DNA of 41,921 nucleotides. It comes from Nitrospirota bacterium. Lineage in GTDB: Bacteria; JACPQY01. Within the stretch, counting starts at the first letter, position 1. Each line of letters opens with the position of its first letter. This document shows, one piece after another, positions 12,903 through 21,355 of this stretch. Below the pieces are notes generated by a model. That model was not told where the DNA came from, made no database searches, and worked only from the letters and a program-made list of their open reading frames with translations. The stretch is taken from assembly GCA_016180645.1 (NCBI GenBank), contig JACPAV010000019.1, forward strand, positions 140,560 to 182,480, read 5' to 3'. The position numbers and the translations under genes were made by a program.

Positions 12903-15900
12903 GTCGCGCCCTCCGGCGTGAGGCCCAGCTCGCTTATGAGCGCTTCCAGATGGGCGGAGGCGGACTGAAAGTCAAGCCTGTCGATGGCCGCTCCCAGCCG
13001 GACCAGACTTTCGCTCGTGGTCCCTCCGAGCTCCCGCTGAATCTCCGCAAACTGTTCCAAAGCGCCGAGATGGTTTCTCCGGAGATGCTCCTTCATGAGG
13101 TCGATCAGGGGAAGGATCCGGACGGTTCCGCCGTTCGAGCCGTTGGGACCGGGCGGGCGGGACGGCGCCTCGGGAATCCGCTTGATGACGGCCGCGGACG
13201 ATTCGACCTCGGCCAGGGCCGATTCCAAGCCGTCCAACGAGACCTCCCCCGAGGCGGGGTCTCGCAAGTGCCGTTCCGCTTCGGCGGCGGCCGCCGCCAC
13301 GCGGTGGGCTCCGAGCGTCGCCGCCGAGCCTTTGAGCGTGTGCAGGAGGGCCATGGCACCCGCACGATCGCCCGACCCCAGCAGGCCCAGAAGTCGATCC
13401 ACCGCCTTCCGGTTCTCGAGAACGAATTCCGGAATCAGCCGCCGGTAAAGCGAGACGTTACCGCTCACCCTTCGCAAGCCGTCCTCCATTTTGAGGCCGG
13501 GGAGCTCCGGTGGGAGCGGCCCCGTGGAGAGGGGCGCCGGCGTGGACGTCCCGCCCGCGCGCACTTTCAGCCAGCGGGCCATGACTCCCACAAGGTTCTT
13601 TTCATCGATCGGTTTTGGGAGATAGTCGCTCATCCCCGCCTTGAGGAACCGCTCGCGGTCGCCCATCATCGCGTGGGCCGTAAGGGCGATCACCGGGAGA
13701 GCCTCCAGCCGCGGCTGGAGGCGCATCCGACGCACGGTTTCCAAGCCGTCCATCTCCGGCATTTGAACATCCATCATCACGGCGTCGAACCGTCCTTTTT
13801 CGAGAGCGTCCAGCGCCTCGAAACCGTTGCGCGCCTCGGCCACCTCCAGGCCAAGCCCGCCCAGCATCTCCCGAGCGACTTCACGATTGATGGCATTGTC
13901 CTCCACGAGGAGAACCGATTGGCCGGGTACGAACTGAATCGTGGAAGGGGCGGGCGCCGCCGGCATGGCCTCGTCCGTCGGATGGAGAACTTTCATGATG
14001 GCGTCGTGCATGGAGGACGGACTGATCGGTTTGTGGAGCACCACCTCGATGCCCGCCTGCCGCGCGAGGCGTTCCGCTTCGTCCCGATCGTAGGCGGTGA
14101 CCAGGATCACGGGCAGCCGGGTCGGCGCCGTCAATCGGGCCAATTCGCGCGCGGTCTCGGTTCCGTCCAAGTCCGGCATTCGCCAATCGAGAACCGCCAC
14201 GCGGAAGGGCGCTCCCTGCTGGAGGGCGCGTTTCGTCTCTTCCACAGCCTCGGGACCCGACGACACGATGGTGGCCCGGCACAAGAGGGAGCGAAGCATT
14301 TCGCCCATGACCGCGCGCGCGTTCGCATTGTCGTCGGCCACCAGAACGGGCAGGTTCCGGAACTCATCCGCCAGACGGCGGGGACCCACGGGGCCGCGGG
14401 GGAGGTCGAACGTCGCCGTGAAACTGAAGGTGCTCCCCTTCCCCGGCTCGCTCTCGACGTGCATCTCGCCTCCCATCATGGAGACGAGGCGGCGACTGAT
14501 GGCCAGCCCGAGGCCGAGGCCGCCGAACCGGCGCGTCATGGACGTATCGGCCTGCGTGAACGGCTCGAACATGGCCTTCAGGAGCTCGGGGGCGATGCCG
14601 GGTCCCGTATCGCGGACGGAGAATTTCAGGATGGCATGATCACGGCGCAGTTCACCGCAATCGACCTTGACCACGATCTCCCCCTGCTCGGTGAACTTCA
14701 GGGCATTGCCCATCAGATTGAGGAGAACCTGTTTGAGCCGCACGGAATCGCCCCGGAGGCGGCGCGGGACGTCGGGGGCGGTGGAAAACAAGATCTCGAG
14801 ATTCTTGTCTGCCGCCTTCAATCCGATGACATCCGCCAACTCGGAAAGCAGGTCGTCGAAATCGAAATCGATCCGCTGGATTTCCAGGCGCGAGGCCTCG
14901 ATCCGGGACAGGTCGAGGATGTCTTCGACCAATTCGATCAGCAGGTGGGCCGACGCCTGGGCCTTGGCCAGGTAGCCGCGCACCTTCGGCTGCGCCTCGC
15001 CGGCGCGCAGGGCAAGCGACGTGAAACCGACCACCCCGTTCAACGGCGTGCGGAGCTCGTGGCTCATGTTGGCCAGGAAAAGGCTCTTGGCGCGGTTGGC
15101 CGATTCCGCCTCATCCTTCGCGTGGCGCAGCTCCTCCTGCACGTGGCGCTGCGCGGTGACGTCGCGGGCGATGCCGTCGTATCCCGTCACTCTCTTGAGC
15201 TCGTTCCGGAGGGTCACTTCGGAGAATTCGATGTGATGCGGATGACCCCCTTCGTCGGCAAGGTCGACCTCGAAGGTGCGCTCCGGTGAGGAGGAGCCGT
15301 CCGCCGGAGCGACCGGCTTGCTCAGCAGCTCCCGATGGCGCGCGATGAAGTCATCGGGCGAAAATCCAAGGACACCGCGGACCGACTCGCTCGCGGACGT
15401 GAGGCGGCCCTTTTCGTCTTTGGTGTAGACAAACGTATTGCTCAGGCTGTTGACAAGGCGGTTGTACCGCTTCTCCTGCTGCCACAGTTCGCGTTCGGCC
15501 CGTTCCCGCTGTGCGCGCTGCCGGTCCAGCCGGCGGAAGGAAAGGAGGGAGAGGGTCGAGACCAGGAGGAGCAGCGCCAAGCCGCCTATCGAAACGCCCC
15601 ACATGCTTCGGCGGACGTCCTGGGAAAGTCTCCGGTACGGCCGATCGTCAACCTGGACGTACGCCACTCCCAGGAGCTCGCTGCTGCCGGGGTTGTAGAG
15701 CGCGACCTCGACTCGAAATCCCGAGCCGCCGAGCGCCCCTCGGCGCAGGTCCAGGGTGCCCTCCACGGCCTTGACCACCTCATAATCCACCTGGAGTTCG
15801 ACGCTCAGAAAAAAGGGCGTATCGGTCTTCGAGTCGCGAAGGAGGAGGAGCTCGTCCAGCATCCCCACGAGATTGCGCACGCGCGCCTCGCCCTCGCCGC

Positions 15901-16114
15901 TGAGAAGCGAGGAGGCGATCGCGTTCGCCTGGGAGCGGGCGAGGACCTCGGCCTGCATCGCGGCCTCCCGCTTCAGCCTCGGTTGCAGGATCCCCTTCCA
16001 GGAAATGAGCATGACCCCGAGTAGAAGGAGCGCCAGCACGACGAACGCTCCCGAAAGAAGCACGTACGCCCCGCGCTCGTTCGTGGCCCATTCGCGTCCG
16101 GCGGGAGAAGTCAT
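12899..16114 (-). CDS. Membrane hybrid sensor histidine kinase (2 TM, PAS, HisKA, HATPase, 2x REC, Hpt)
   Basis: Two hydrophobic segments, PAS ending [44 protein letters not shown], receivers VLDWRMP and MMDVQMP, Hpt LHTLKGSAATLG. Confidence 0.95.
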   Translation of the reverse strand: MTSPAGREWATNERGAYVLLSGAFVVLALLLLGVMLISWKGILQPRLKREAAMQAEVLARSQANAIASSLLSGEGEARVRNLVGMLDELLLLRDSKTDTPFFLSVELQVDYEVVKAVEGTLDLRRGALGGSGFRVEVALYNPGSSELLGVAYVQVDDRPYRRLSQDVRRSMWGVSIGGLALLLLVSTLSLLSFRRLDRQRAQRERAERELWQQEKRYNRLVNSLSNTFVYTKDEKGRLTSASESVRGVLGFSPDDFIARHRELLSKPVAPADGSSSPERTFEVDLADEGGHPHHIEFSEVTLRNELKRVTGYDGIARDVTAQRHVQEELRHAKDEAESANRAKSLFLANMSHELRTPLNGVVGFTSLALRAGEAQPKVRGYLAKAQASAHLLIELVEDILDLSRIEASRLEIQRIDFDFDDLLSELADVIGLKAADKNLEILFSTAPDVPRRLRGDSVRLKQVLLNLMGNALKFTEQGEIVVKVDCGELRRDHAILKFSVRDTGPGIAPELLKAMFEPFTQADTSMTRRFGGLGLGLAISRRLVSMMGGEMHVESEPGKGSTFSFTATFDLPRGPVGPRRLADEFRNLPVLVADDNANARAVMGEMLRSLLCRATIVSSGPEAVEETKRALQQGAPFRVAVLDWRMPDLDGTETARELARLTAPTRLPVILVTAYDRDEAERLARQAGIEVVLHKPISPSSMHDAIMKVLHPTDEAMPAAPAPSTIQFVPGQSVLLVEDNAINREVAREMLGGLGLEVAEARNGFEALDALEKGRFDAVMMDVQMPEMDGLETVRRMRLQPRLEALPVIALTAHAMMGDRERFLKAGMSDYLPKPIDEKNLVGVMARWLKVRAGGTSTPAPLSTGPLPPELPGLKMEDGLRRVSGNVSLYRRLIPEFVLENRKAVDRLLGLLGSGDRAGAMALLHTLKGSAATLGAHRVAAAAAEAERHLRDPASGEVSLDGLESALAEVESSAAVIKRIPEAPSRPPGPNGSNGGTVRILPLIDLMKEHLRRNHLGALEQFAEIQRELGGTTSESLVRLGAAIDRLDFQSASAHLEALISELGLTPEGAT

Positions 16115-16722
16115 GGATAGGCCTTCGTGACTTTCATGAAAAACGGCTTGAGCGAGATACGTGAGGCTTCGAGAGTCCGCGTGTTGATGTAGGGCCGGAC
16201 CTGCGCCTCCACGGACACCCCGCCGAGCACGCCGCTCTCCACGTCACCCTCGAACGGGGAGTAGACGATGAGGCCGTTCCGGATCCCATATTGGATGACG
16301 GACCTCAGCCTTGCGGGATCCAATGCCTCCGCGATGAAGATCCCCACTGGGGCCCTCCCTTCGTAGGCATTGAACGCGGAATCGGAATGGATTTCCGCCA
16401 GGACCGGCAACCCTCGGATCGCTTCGCCGCCGGATGGGCCGCCAACGTTCAGGCCATCCGCCAACTCGCGCGCCCGGCTCTTTTCACGTTGATAGAAGAA
16501 GACGATCAGGAGCCGGCCGTCGTCCGCAACCTTGTGCTCCAGTCCGACGTCCGCCGCCACAAGCGCCCGAAAGAGCCGTAGGCCGGCGCGAATGCGTGTT
16601 TCATCGCTCCCGGCCGCTGCGCTCCGGCCGAGATCCACCGCGGCCATCAAGCCGAACGCCGCCGCCACGCGGGCCGTGCGACTCAGAATGCCGGAGCTAC
16701 CGTGCGGAACATGACGCTCCAC
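16111..16722 (-). CDS. YfiR/HmsC-like (DUF4154-like) periplasmic protein
   Basis: Signal-like N-terminus. C-terminal VRPYINTRTLEASRISLKPFFMKV resembles the YfiR-family terminal motif. Context beside a sensor kinase, DGC and TBDR. GTG 16722 follows GGAGG; the ORF track starts at 16743. Confidence 0.65.
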   Translation of the reverse strand: MERHVPHGSSGILSRTARVAAAFGLMAAVDLGRSAAAGSDETRIRAGLRLFRALVAADVGLEHKVADDGRLLIVFFYQREKSRARELADGLNVGGPSGGEAIRGLPVLAEIHSDSAFNAYEGRAPVGIFIAEALDPARLRSVIQYGIRNGLIVYSPFEGDVESGVLGGVSVEAQVRPYINTRTLEASRISLKPFFMKVTKAYP

Positions 16723-16787
16723 GGACAACCTCCCCAGGTCCAATGGCCACCATTCAACTCGCTTTCTCCGCCTTCATCGCAACGTGC

Positions 16788-16815
16788 ATTATAGACCGCC
16801 CCTGTCTACAATCAA
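16788..16815 (-). promoter_or_regulatory. Candidate sigma70 promoter for the cassette operon
   Basis: Minus strand TTGATT-16 nt-TATAAT, about 65 nt upstream of the YfiR-like start. Confidence 0.45.
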
Positions 16816-16866
16816 AGCCCAATTCCGCTTGGCGCTTATGCGCATCCCACAGTCAAATGCCGGGGA

Positions 16867-16950
16867 TACGACGAACTGCCCGAGCCGGCCTTCTACATGG
16901 TGGGTTCCATCGAGGAGACGGAGCAGAAGGCCAAGCAGTTGATGCAGTAA
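16867..16950 (+). repeat. Direct repeat copy 2: orphan duplicate of the atpD 3' end (candidate attR)
   Basis: Reads [27 protein letters not shown] versus atp[28 protein letters not shown]; 6 mismatches in 84 bp. Confidence 0.95.
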
Positions 16951-16964
16951 GAGCCGGCTCTATT

Positions 16965-17003
16965 GAGGCCGAAGCTCGATAGCGGCTATCGTGTTTCGGC
17001 CTC
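16965..17003. terminator. Long hairpin between the atpD-end copy and the convergent gene (possible terminator)
   Basis: GAGGCCGAAGCTCGATAG-CGG-CTATCGTGTTTCGGCCTC forms an ~18-bp stem with one G-T pair and one T-T mismatch. No clear U-tract. Confidence 0.5.
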
Positions 17004-17013
17004 GAATCATCCG

Positions 17014-17511
17014 TCAGAAATAGTACCGGGCGCCGAGCCCACCCTGGAGATCGAACGACGTCTCGGGGACAAGCCTCATGCCGGGCACGATCTCGAGGAA
17101 AACGTCCACCGGCGCCCGGTGGAACAGATAGGTAAGCCCGATGGGCACCCGCACGCCGGCCTCGATGTCCTCCTCTCGAACACTGAGCCGTCCGCCTGCT
17201 CCTGCATAGACCGGAAACATCCCCATCGCCTCCGCCCCCGGTCCCGCTTCACGCCGCTTCCGACGATCCAAGAGATCGGCGACGGTCCACAGATAGTCCG
17301 CCTGAACCTGGAAAAACTCCCGTCGAAGTGAGTAGGCCGCTCCCCCCTGAATCGCCTGGTTGGAGTGGATCCAGTATTTCGCGCTTATTCCGGTGGGCTC
17401 CCCCACCATGATCCCCAGTCCTGCGGGCCTGGAATCGACGTCAAACGCCCACGATCCCCGGCAGCCTGCCCAGGTAAGAACAAGCGCCATGCTCACCAAG
17501 ATAGTCTTCAT
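17014..17511 (-). CDS. Small outer-membrane beta-barrel protein (DUF3996-like)
   Basis: Signal peptide MKTILVSMALVL, GLGIMVGEPTGISAKYW, GVRVPIGL, VDVFLEIVP, C-terminal GARYYF aromatic signature. Confidence 0.75.
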   Translation of the reverse strand: MKTILVSMALVLTWAGCRGSWAFDVDSRPAGLGIMVGEPTGISAKYWIHSNQAIQGGAAYSLRREFFQVQADYLWTVADLLDRRKRREAGPGAEAMGMFPVYAGAGGRLSVREEDIEAGVRVPIGLTYLFHRAPVDVFLEIVPGMRLVPETSFDLQGGLGARYYF

Positions 17512-17714
17512 CCTCTTGCTCCGGCTTCCCGAGGCTAAACCCCGTGCCATGGAGGGTACGGGGCTCAGCCTCTAACTCATCCCACCCCGGCACGAGCCAT
17601 TTTCCCAGCTTTTCGTTTTTAGACGCAGCGTCCATTCGCTCACCCTACTCTCGGCGCAGGGGCCCGCCAATGGGCATCCCACCCCAAATGGGGAGGGAGC
17701 GACTACCCCCCCCT

Positions 17715-18383
17715 TCAGTTCGGTCGTGCAGTCAGGCCGCGCTCCATGGCGTAGCGTGTCAGTCCGGCGATGGTGTGAATCTCCAGCTTGTTCATCACGC
17801 TCTGCCGGTGCTTCTCAATCGTCTTCACGCTGATCGACAATTCCGTGGCCATTTCTTTGTTGCTGTATCCCTCGGCCACGAGCTGCAACACCTCCCGCTC
17901 CCGTTGGGTCAGCGCGTGCGGCTGCCCGTTTCCGGGGCCGCCTCCCCGCGCCTGCGATCGGAAATCCCCCACGAGGAACTTGTTCACGGCGGGGCTGAAG
18001 TAGGCGTTTCCCTTCGCCACTTCCCGGATCGCCGTGAGAAGCTCCGATACCGCCCGGTGCTTGATGAGATACGCCGAAGCGCCCGCTTCCACGGCGCGGT
18101 GGACGTATTCCATCTCGGCATGCATGGACAACAGGACCGTGGCGGTACCGGGGCACGTCCTCCGGATCTGCGCCACGGCATCGATCCCGTTCAGGAGCGG
18201 CATCGCGATGTCCAGCACGGCCACATCCGGATGGATCTTGCTCGCCGCGCCTACCGCCGCCCGGCCCGTGTCGACATCCGCCACCACCTCCATGTCTTTC
18301 TCGCCGCTGATGAGGGATTTCAGGCCTTCCCTCACGATGGTGTGATCATCCGCCACCAGGACCGTAATCTTTCTTGAAGTCAT
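17715..18383 (-). CDS. NarL/LuxR-family DNA-binding response regulator
   Basis: VADDHTIVREG, VLDIAMP, LTQREREVLQLVAEGYSNKEMATELSISVKTIEKHR. Confidence 0.96.
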   Translation of the reverse strand: MTSRKITVLVADDHTIVREGLKSLISGEKDMEVVADVDTGRAAVGAASKIHPDVAVLDIAMPLLNGIDAVAQIRRTCPGTATVLLSMHAEMEYVHRAVEAGASAYLIKHRAVSELLTAIREVAKGNAYFSPAVNKFLVGDFRSQARGGGPGNGQPHALTQREREVLQLVAEGYSNKEMATELSISVKTIEKHRQSVMNKLEIHTIAGLTRYAMERGLTARPN

Positions 18384-19588
18384 GGTTTCCTCCTTCTCTT
18401 CGTTTCCGCCGGTTGGGGCGATCGGACGGGCACCGTCACCCTCAGCGAACGTCCCCCGCCGGGTCGTCGTATCCAGAGGGCTTTTCCCCCGGCCAGAGTC
18501 ACCCGCTCCTCAATTCCCACAATCCCCAATCCACCGCCTAAGCGGACACGTTTGCCCCCCTTTGAATACCTGCCGTTCCGGCCATCGTCCGCGACGGTCA
18601 AAATCGCCTCCCGAGGCCAGACGTCCAAAGTCAATCGGGCCTCATGCGCTTTGGCGTGCTTCATTACGTTCGTCAGCGCCTCCTGCACCACCCGAAGGAG
18701 CGTCGTCTCGGTCTCCCGGCTCAGCCGACGCGCCGCTCCCGAGGATCTGACCCGCACACGCACTCCCGACATCGCCGATACCTGGCGCGCCACCGCCCTC
18801 AAAGCCGGGGCCAGAGACATGTGGTCGAGCAGCTCCGGGCGCAGGCCGTGGGCGATCCGGTGGATCGATTCCAACCCCTCGCGAACGGCATTCTGCAGAA
18901 CGACGATTTTCCCCATGTTCCCGTCCAAGCGCCCCGCCGCTTTCTTCAGCCGCTCCAACCCCAGGTCCACGCCCGTCAGCACCTGACCGAGACCGTCGTG
19001 CAATTCCCGACTAATTCTTTTCCGCTCCTCCTCCTGCACGTGGATGAGTTCCCGTGAAACCCTTCGGAGGGCCCGTTCCGCCGTGCTGGCCTTCCGAAAA
19101 GCGCGCTTGTAGTGATTCTCGCTTTTCCCCAAGGCATCCGTAACTCGTTCCTTCTCCTCCGTCAGATGCCGGTGCTCGATGGCCATCCGGACGGACTGCC
19201 CCAGTTTCTCCAGTCGGTCCTTCAAAACGTAGTCGTAGGCGCCGTGCCGGATGGCCGACGCCGCCAAGTCCTCCCCAACCGCCCCCGACACGAGGATCAG
19301 CGGCACGCGCAGTCCCTTCTCCTTCAACAGATCGAGTGCCCGGAGGCCGTCGAATCCCGGCAGGCGGTAGTCCGCCAATATCACATCGAGGTCCGGGGAC
19401 AACTTCGCCAGATAATCTTTTTCCGTCTCGGCGCGAATCGCCTCCGGAGCGAAGCCCGCCCGCCGGAGCCACTCGACGCAGAAGTGCGCGTCGTCCTCGG
19501 AATCCTCCAAGAGGAGTACGCGAAGCGGCTTCCGCGCGCGAAGGGACGGGACGATGGCTCCCAAGCTTGCCGCGGCTGCTGAGGTCAC
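18380..19588 (-). CDS. Cytoplasmic REC + HisKA_3 (NarX/UhpB-like) histidine kinase
   Basis: REC LLEDSEDD..LADYRLP; EEERKRISRELHDGLGQ; QEALTNVMKHA; DDG; GLGIVGIEERV. Start uncertain (GTG 19588 or ATG 19654). Confidence 0.9.
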   Translation of the reverse strand: MTSAAAASLGAIVPSLRARKPLRVLLLEDSEDDAHFCVEWLRRAGFAPEAIRAETEKDYLAKLSPDLDVILADYRLPGFDGLRALDLLKEKGLRVPLILVSGAVGEDLAASAIRHGAYDYVLKDRLEKLGQSVRMAIEHRHLTEEKERVTDALGKSENHYKRAFRKASTAERALRRVSRELIHVQEEERKRISRELHDGLGQVLTGVDLGLERLKKAAGRLDGNMGKIVVLQNAVREGLESIHRIAHGLRPELLDHMSLAPALRAVARQVSAMSGVRVRVRSSGAARRLSRETETTLLRVVQEALTNVMKHAKAHEARLTLDVWPREAILTVADDGRNGRYSKGGKRVRLGGGLGIVGIEERVTLAGGKALWIRRPGGGRSLRVTVPVRSPQPAETKRRRKP

Positions 19589-19610
19589 TTCCTGCTCCCC
19601 CTTTTCCGAA

Positions 19611-20084
19611 TCAGGACGAAAGTTTCCGCCCCATTTTTCCGCCACGATGGCCATTCCCGGGTACGCGGCTTACCCGGCTCCAGTATTCCAGGAATTTCTT
19701 GACCATCCACTCCAAATCCGTCAGCCGTGTCGGCTTGACGAGATACGACACGACTCCCTGTTCGTAGGAACGCACCATGTCTTCCTCGCGGGAACTTGTG
19801 GTCAGGATCGCCACGGGGATGTGGCGGTACCTTGGGTCCCCCTTGAGCTGCCGGAGCACTTCGAATCCATCCGCCTTCGGCATCCGGATGTCCAGCACGA
19901 TTAGATTCGGAGTGCCGGCCTTGGCGTGGGGGCCTTCACGCCGCAGGAATTGGATGGCCTCCTCCCCGTCGCGGGCAACGCCCAGGAGTCGCGCGTACCG
20001 GGTTTTTTCAAGAACTTCACGAAAGAGGAACGCATCGTCCTCGTTGTCTTCCACGTAAAGGAGGTCCAGCGCCGGAACGGTCAC
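19611..20084 (-). CDS. Single-domain response regulator (Rcp1-like)
   Basis: LLYVEDNEDD, LIVLDIRMPKADG, LTTSSREED, YLVKP. GTG 20084 overlaps the upstream stop. Confidence 0.92.
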   Translation of the reverse strand: MTVPALDLLYVEDNEDDAFLFREVLEKTRYARLLGVARDGEEAIQFLRREGPHAKAGTPNLIVLDIRMPKADGFEVLRQLKGDPRYRHIPVAILTTSSREEDMVRSYEQGVVSYLVKPTRLTDLEWMVKKFLEYWSRVSRVPGNGHRGGKMGRKLSS

Positions 20085-21349
20085 ATGCCCCCCTTCATCG
20101 GAACGCTGAACCGGAAGGTCGCCCCACGGCCCGGCTCTGATTCCACCCATAATTTACCTCCATGTCTTTCGACGATTCGCTTGCAGATCGTCAGGCCCAT
20201 GCCGTTTCCCGGATAGTCCGAAGAAGGATGCAGCCTCTGAAAAATGACGAAGATCCGATCGAAGTAGCGCGGATCGATCCCGATCCCGTTGTCCCGCACG
20301 GAAAAGATCCACTCCGAGTCCCGCCGGTCGGCGGAGACATGGATCTGCGGGGCCGCCTTTTCCTGGAACTTCACGCCATTCTGAATGAGATTCTGAAGCA
20401 ACTCCTGCATCCGCATCGAATTGGCCCACACGGAGGGCAACGGATCGTGCGTGACCACCGCCCCCGTGCTCTTGATCATGGCATCCAGGTTCGACACCGC
20501 GGATTCCAGCACGCTTTCCATCTCGATGGTTTCAAACGGGCTCTCCCCGGTCGACACCCGCGAGTAGTTGAGGAGGTCCCGGATCAGGCTGTGCATCCGA
20601 TCCGCGCCTTCGAGGATTTTTTCCAGATACTTCCGGCCCTTGGGATCGAGTTTTCGCCGCCCTGCACGCTCCAAGAGCTGCGCGTAGTTGCCCACTTTCC
20701 GGAGCGGCTCCTGGAGATCGTGAGAGGCGACGTAGGCGAACTGCTCGAGCTCTTCATTCGATCGGGCCAATTCCTTCGCATTCATCTCGAGTTCACGGGC
20801 GTACCGTTGCACCTCGACCAGTCGCTTCTCCTGCTCCCTCCGGATGATTTCCTGAAACTGCATCTCCTGGATCTCCCGGGCCTGCCTCCGCACCTGCTCC
20901 GATTTCCTGAAGAGTTCGACAAATACCGATACCTTCGAGCGCAGAATTTCCGGCGGAAAGGGCTTCAGGATGTAGTCGACCGCCCCCAGCGAATACCCAC
21001 GGGAAACGTGCTCCATCTCCGTATTGACGGCAGTGACGAAGATGATCGGGATGTGCCTGCATTTGTCCCTGGACCGGATCAGGGCCGCCGTCTCGAAGCC
21101 GTCCATCCGCGGCATTCTCACATCCAGGAGGATGAGGGCGATTTCCCTCTCCAACAGATGCTTGAGCGCCGCCTCACCGGATGCCGCCCGCAGCATGTTC
21201 AGGTCCATGTCACCCAGCACGGCTTCCAGGGCGAGGAGGTTTTCCGCGCGATCATCCACCAGGAGAACGGTCGGCCGCCGCTCCCCGGCCTCCATGTAGG
21301 TTTGCGGGCCGTTCGGCTTGACCAGCGGCCCGGGTTGAAGTTCAAACAT
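20081..21349 (-). CDS. REC + histidine kinase (Cph1/bacteriophytochrome-type transmitter, no photosensory domain)
   Basis: LLVDDRAENL, LLDVRMP, ELEQFAYVASHDLQEPLR, QNLIQNGVKF, DNGIGI, GNGMGLTICKRIVERHGG. Confidence 0.94.
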   Translation of the reverse strand: MFELQPGPLVKPNGPQTYMEAGERRPTVLLVDDRAENLLALEAVLGDMDLNMLRAASGEAALKHLLEREIALILLDVRMPRMDGFETAALIRSRDKCRHIPIIFVTAVNTEMEHVSRGYSLGAVDYILKPFPPEILRSKVSVFVELFRKSEQVRRQAREIQEMQFQEIIRREQEKRLVEVQRYARELEMNAKELARSNEELEQFAYVASHDLQEPLRKVGNYAQLLERAGRRKLDPKGRKYLEKILEGADRMHSLIRDLLNYSRVSTGESPFETIEMESVLESAVSNLDAMIKSTGAVVTHDPLPSVWANSMRMQELLQNLIQNGVKFQEKAAPQIHVSADRRDSEWIFSVRDNGIGIDPRYFDRIFVIFQRLHPSSDYPGNGMGLTICKRIVERHGGKLWVESEPGRGATFRFSVPMKGGM

Positions 21350-21355
21350 CGTTCG

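Noticed and set aside
16963-17331. Plus-strand ORF after the orphan atpD end as a possible atpC
   Set aside because: No resemblance to epsilon, and it overlaps the better-supported minus-strand beta-barrel gene.
17534-17549. Sigma54 promoter TGGCACGGGGTTTAGC upstream of the beta-barrel gene (and TGGCACGGGGCGTGAA at 1921-1936)
   Set aside because: The -24 element is perfect but the -12 GC is displaced by one base or absent, and sigma54 spacing is strict.
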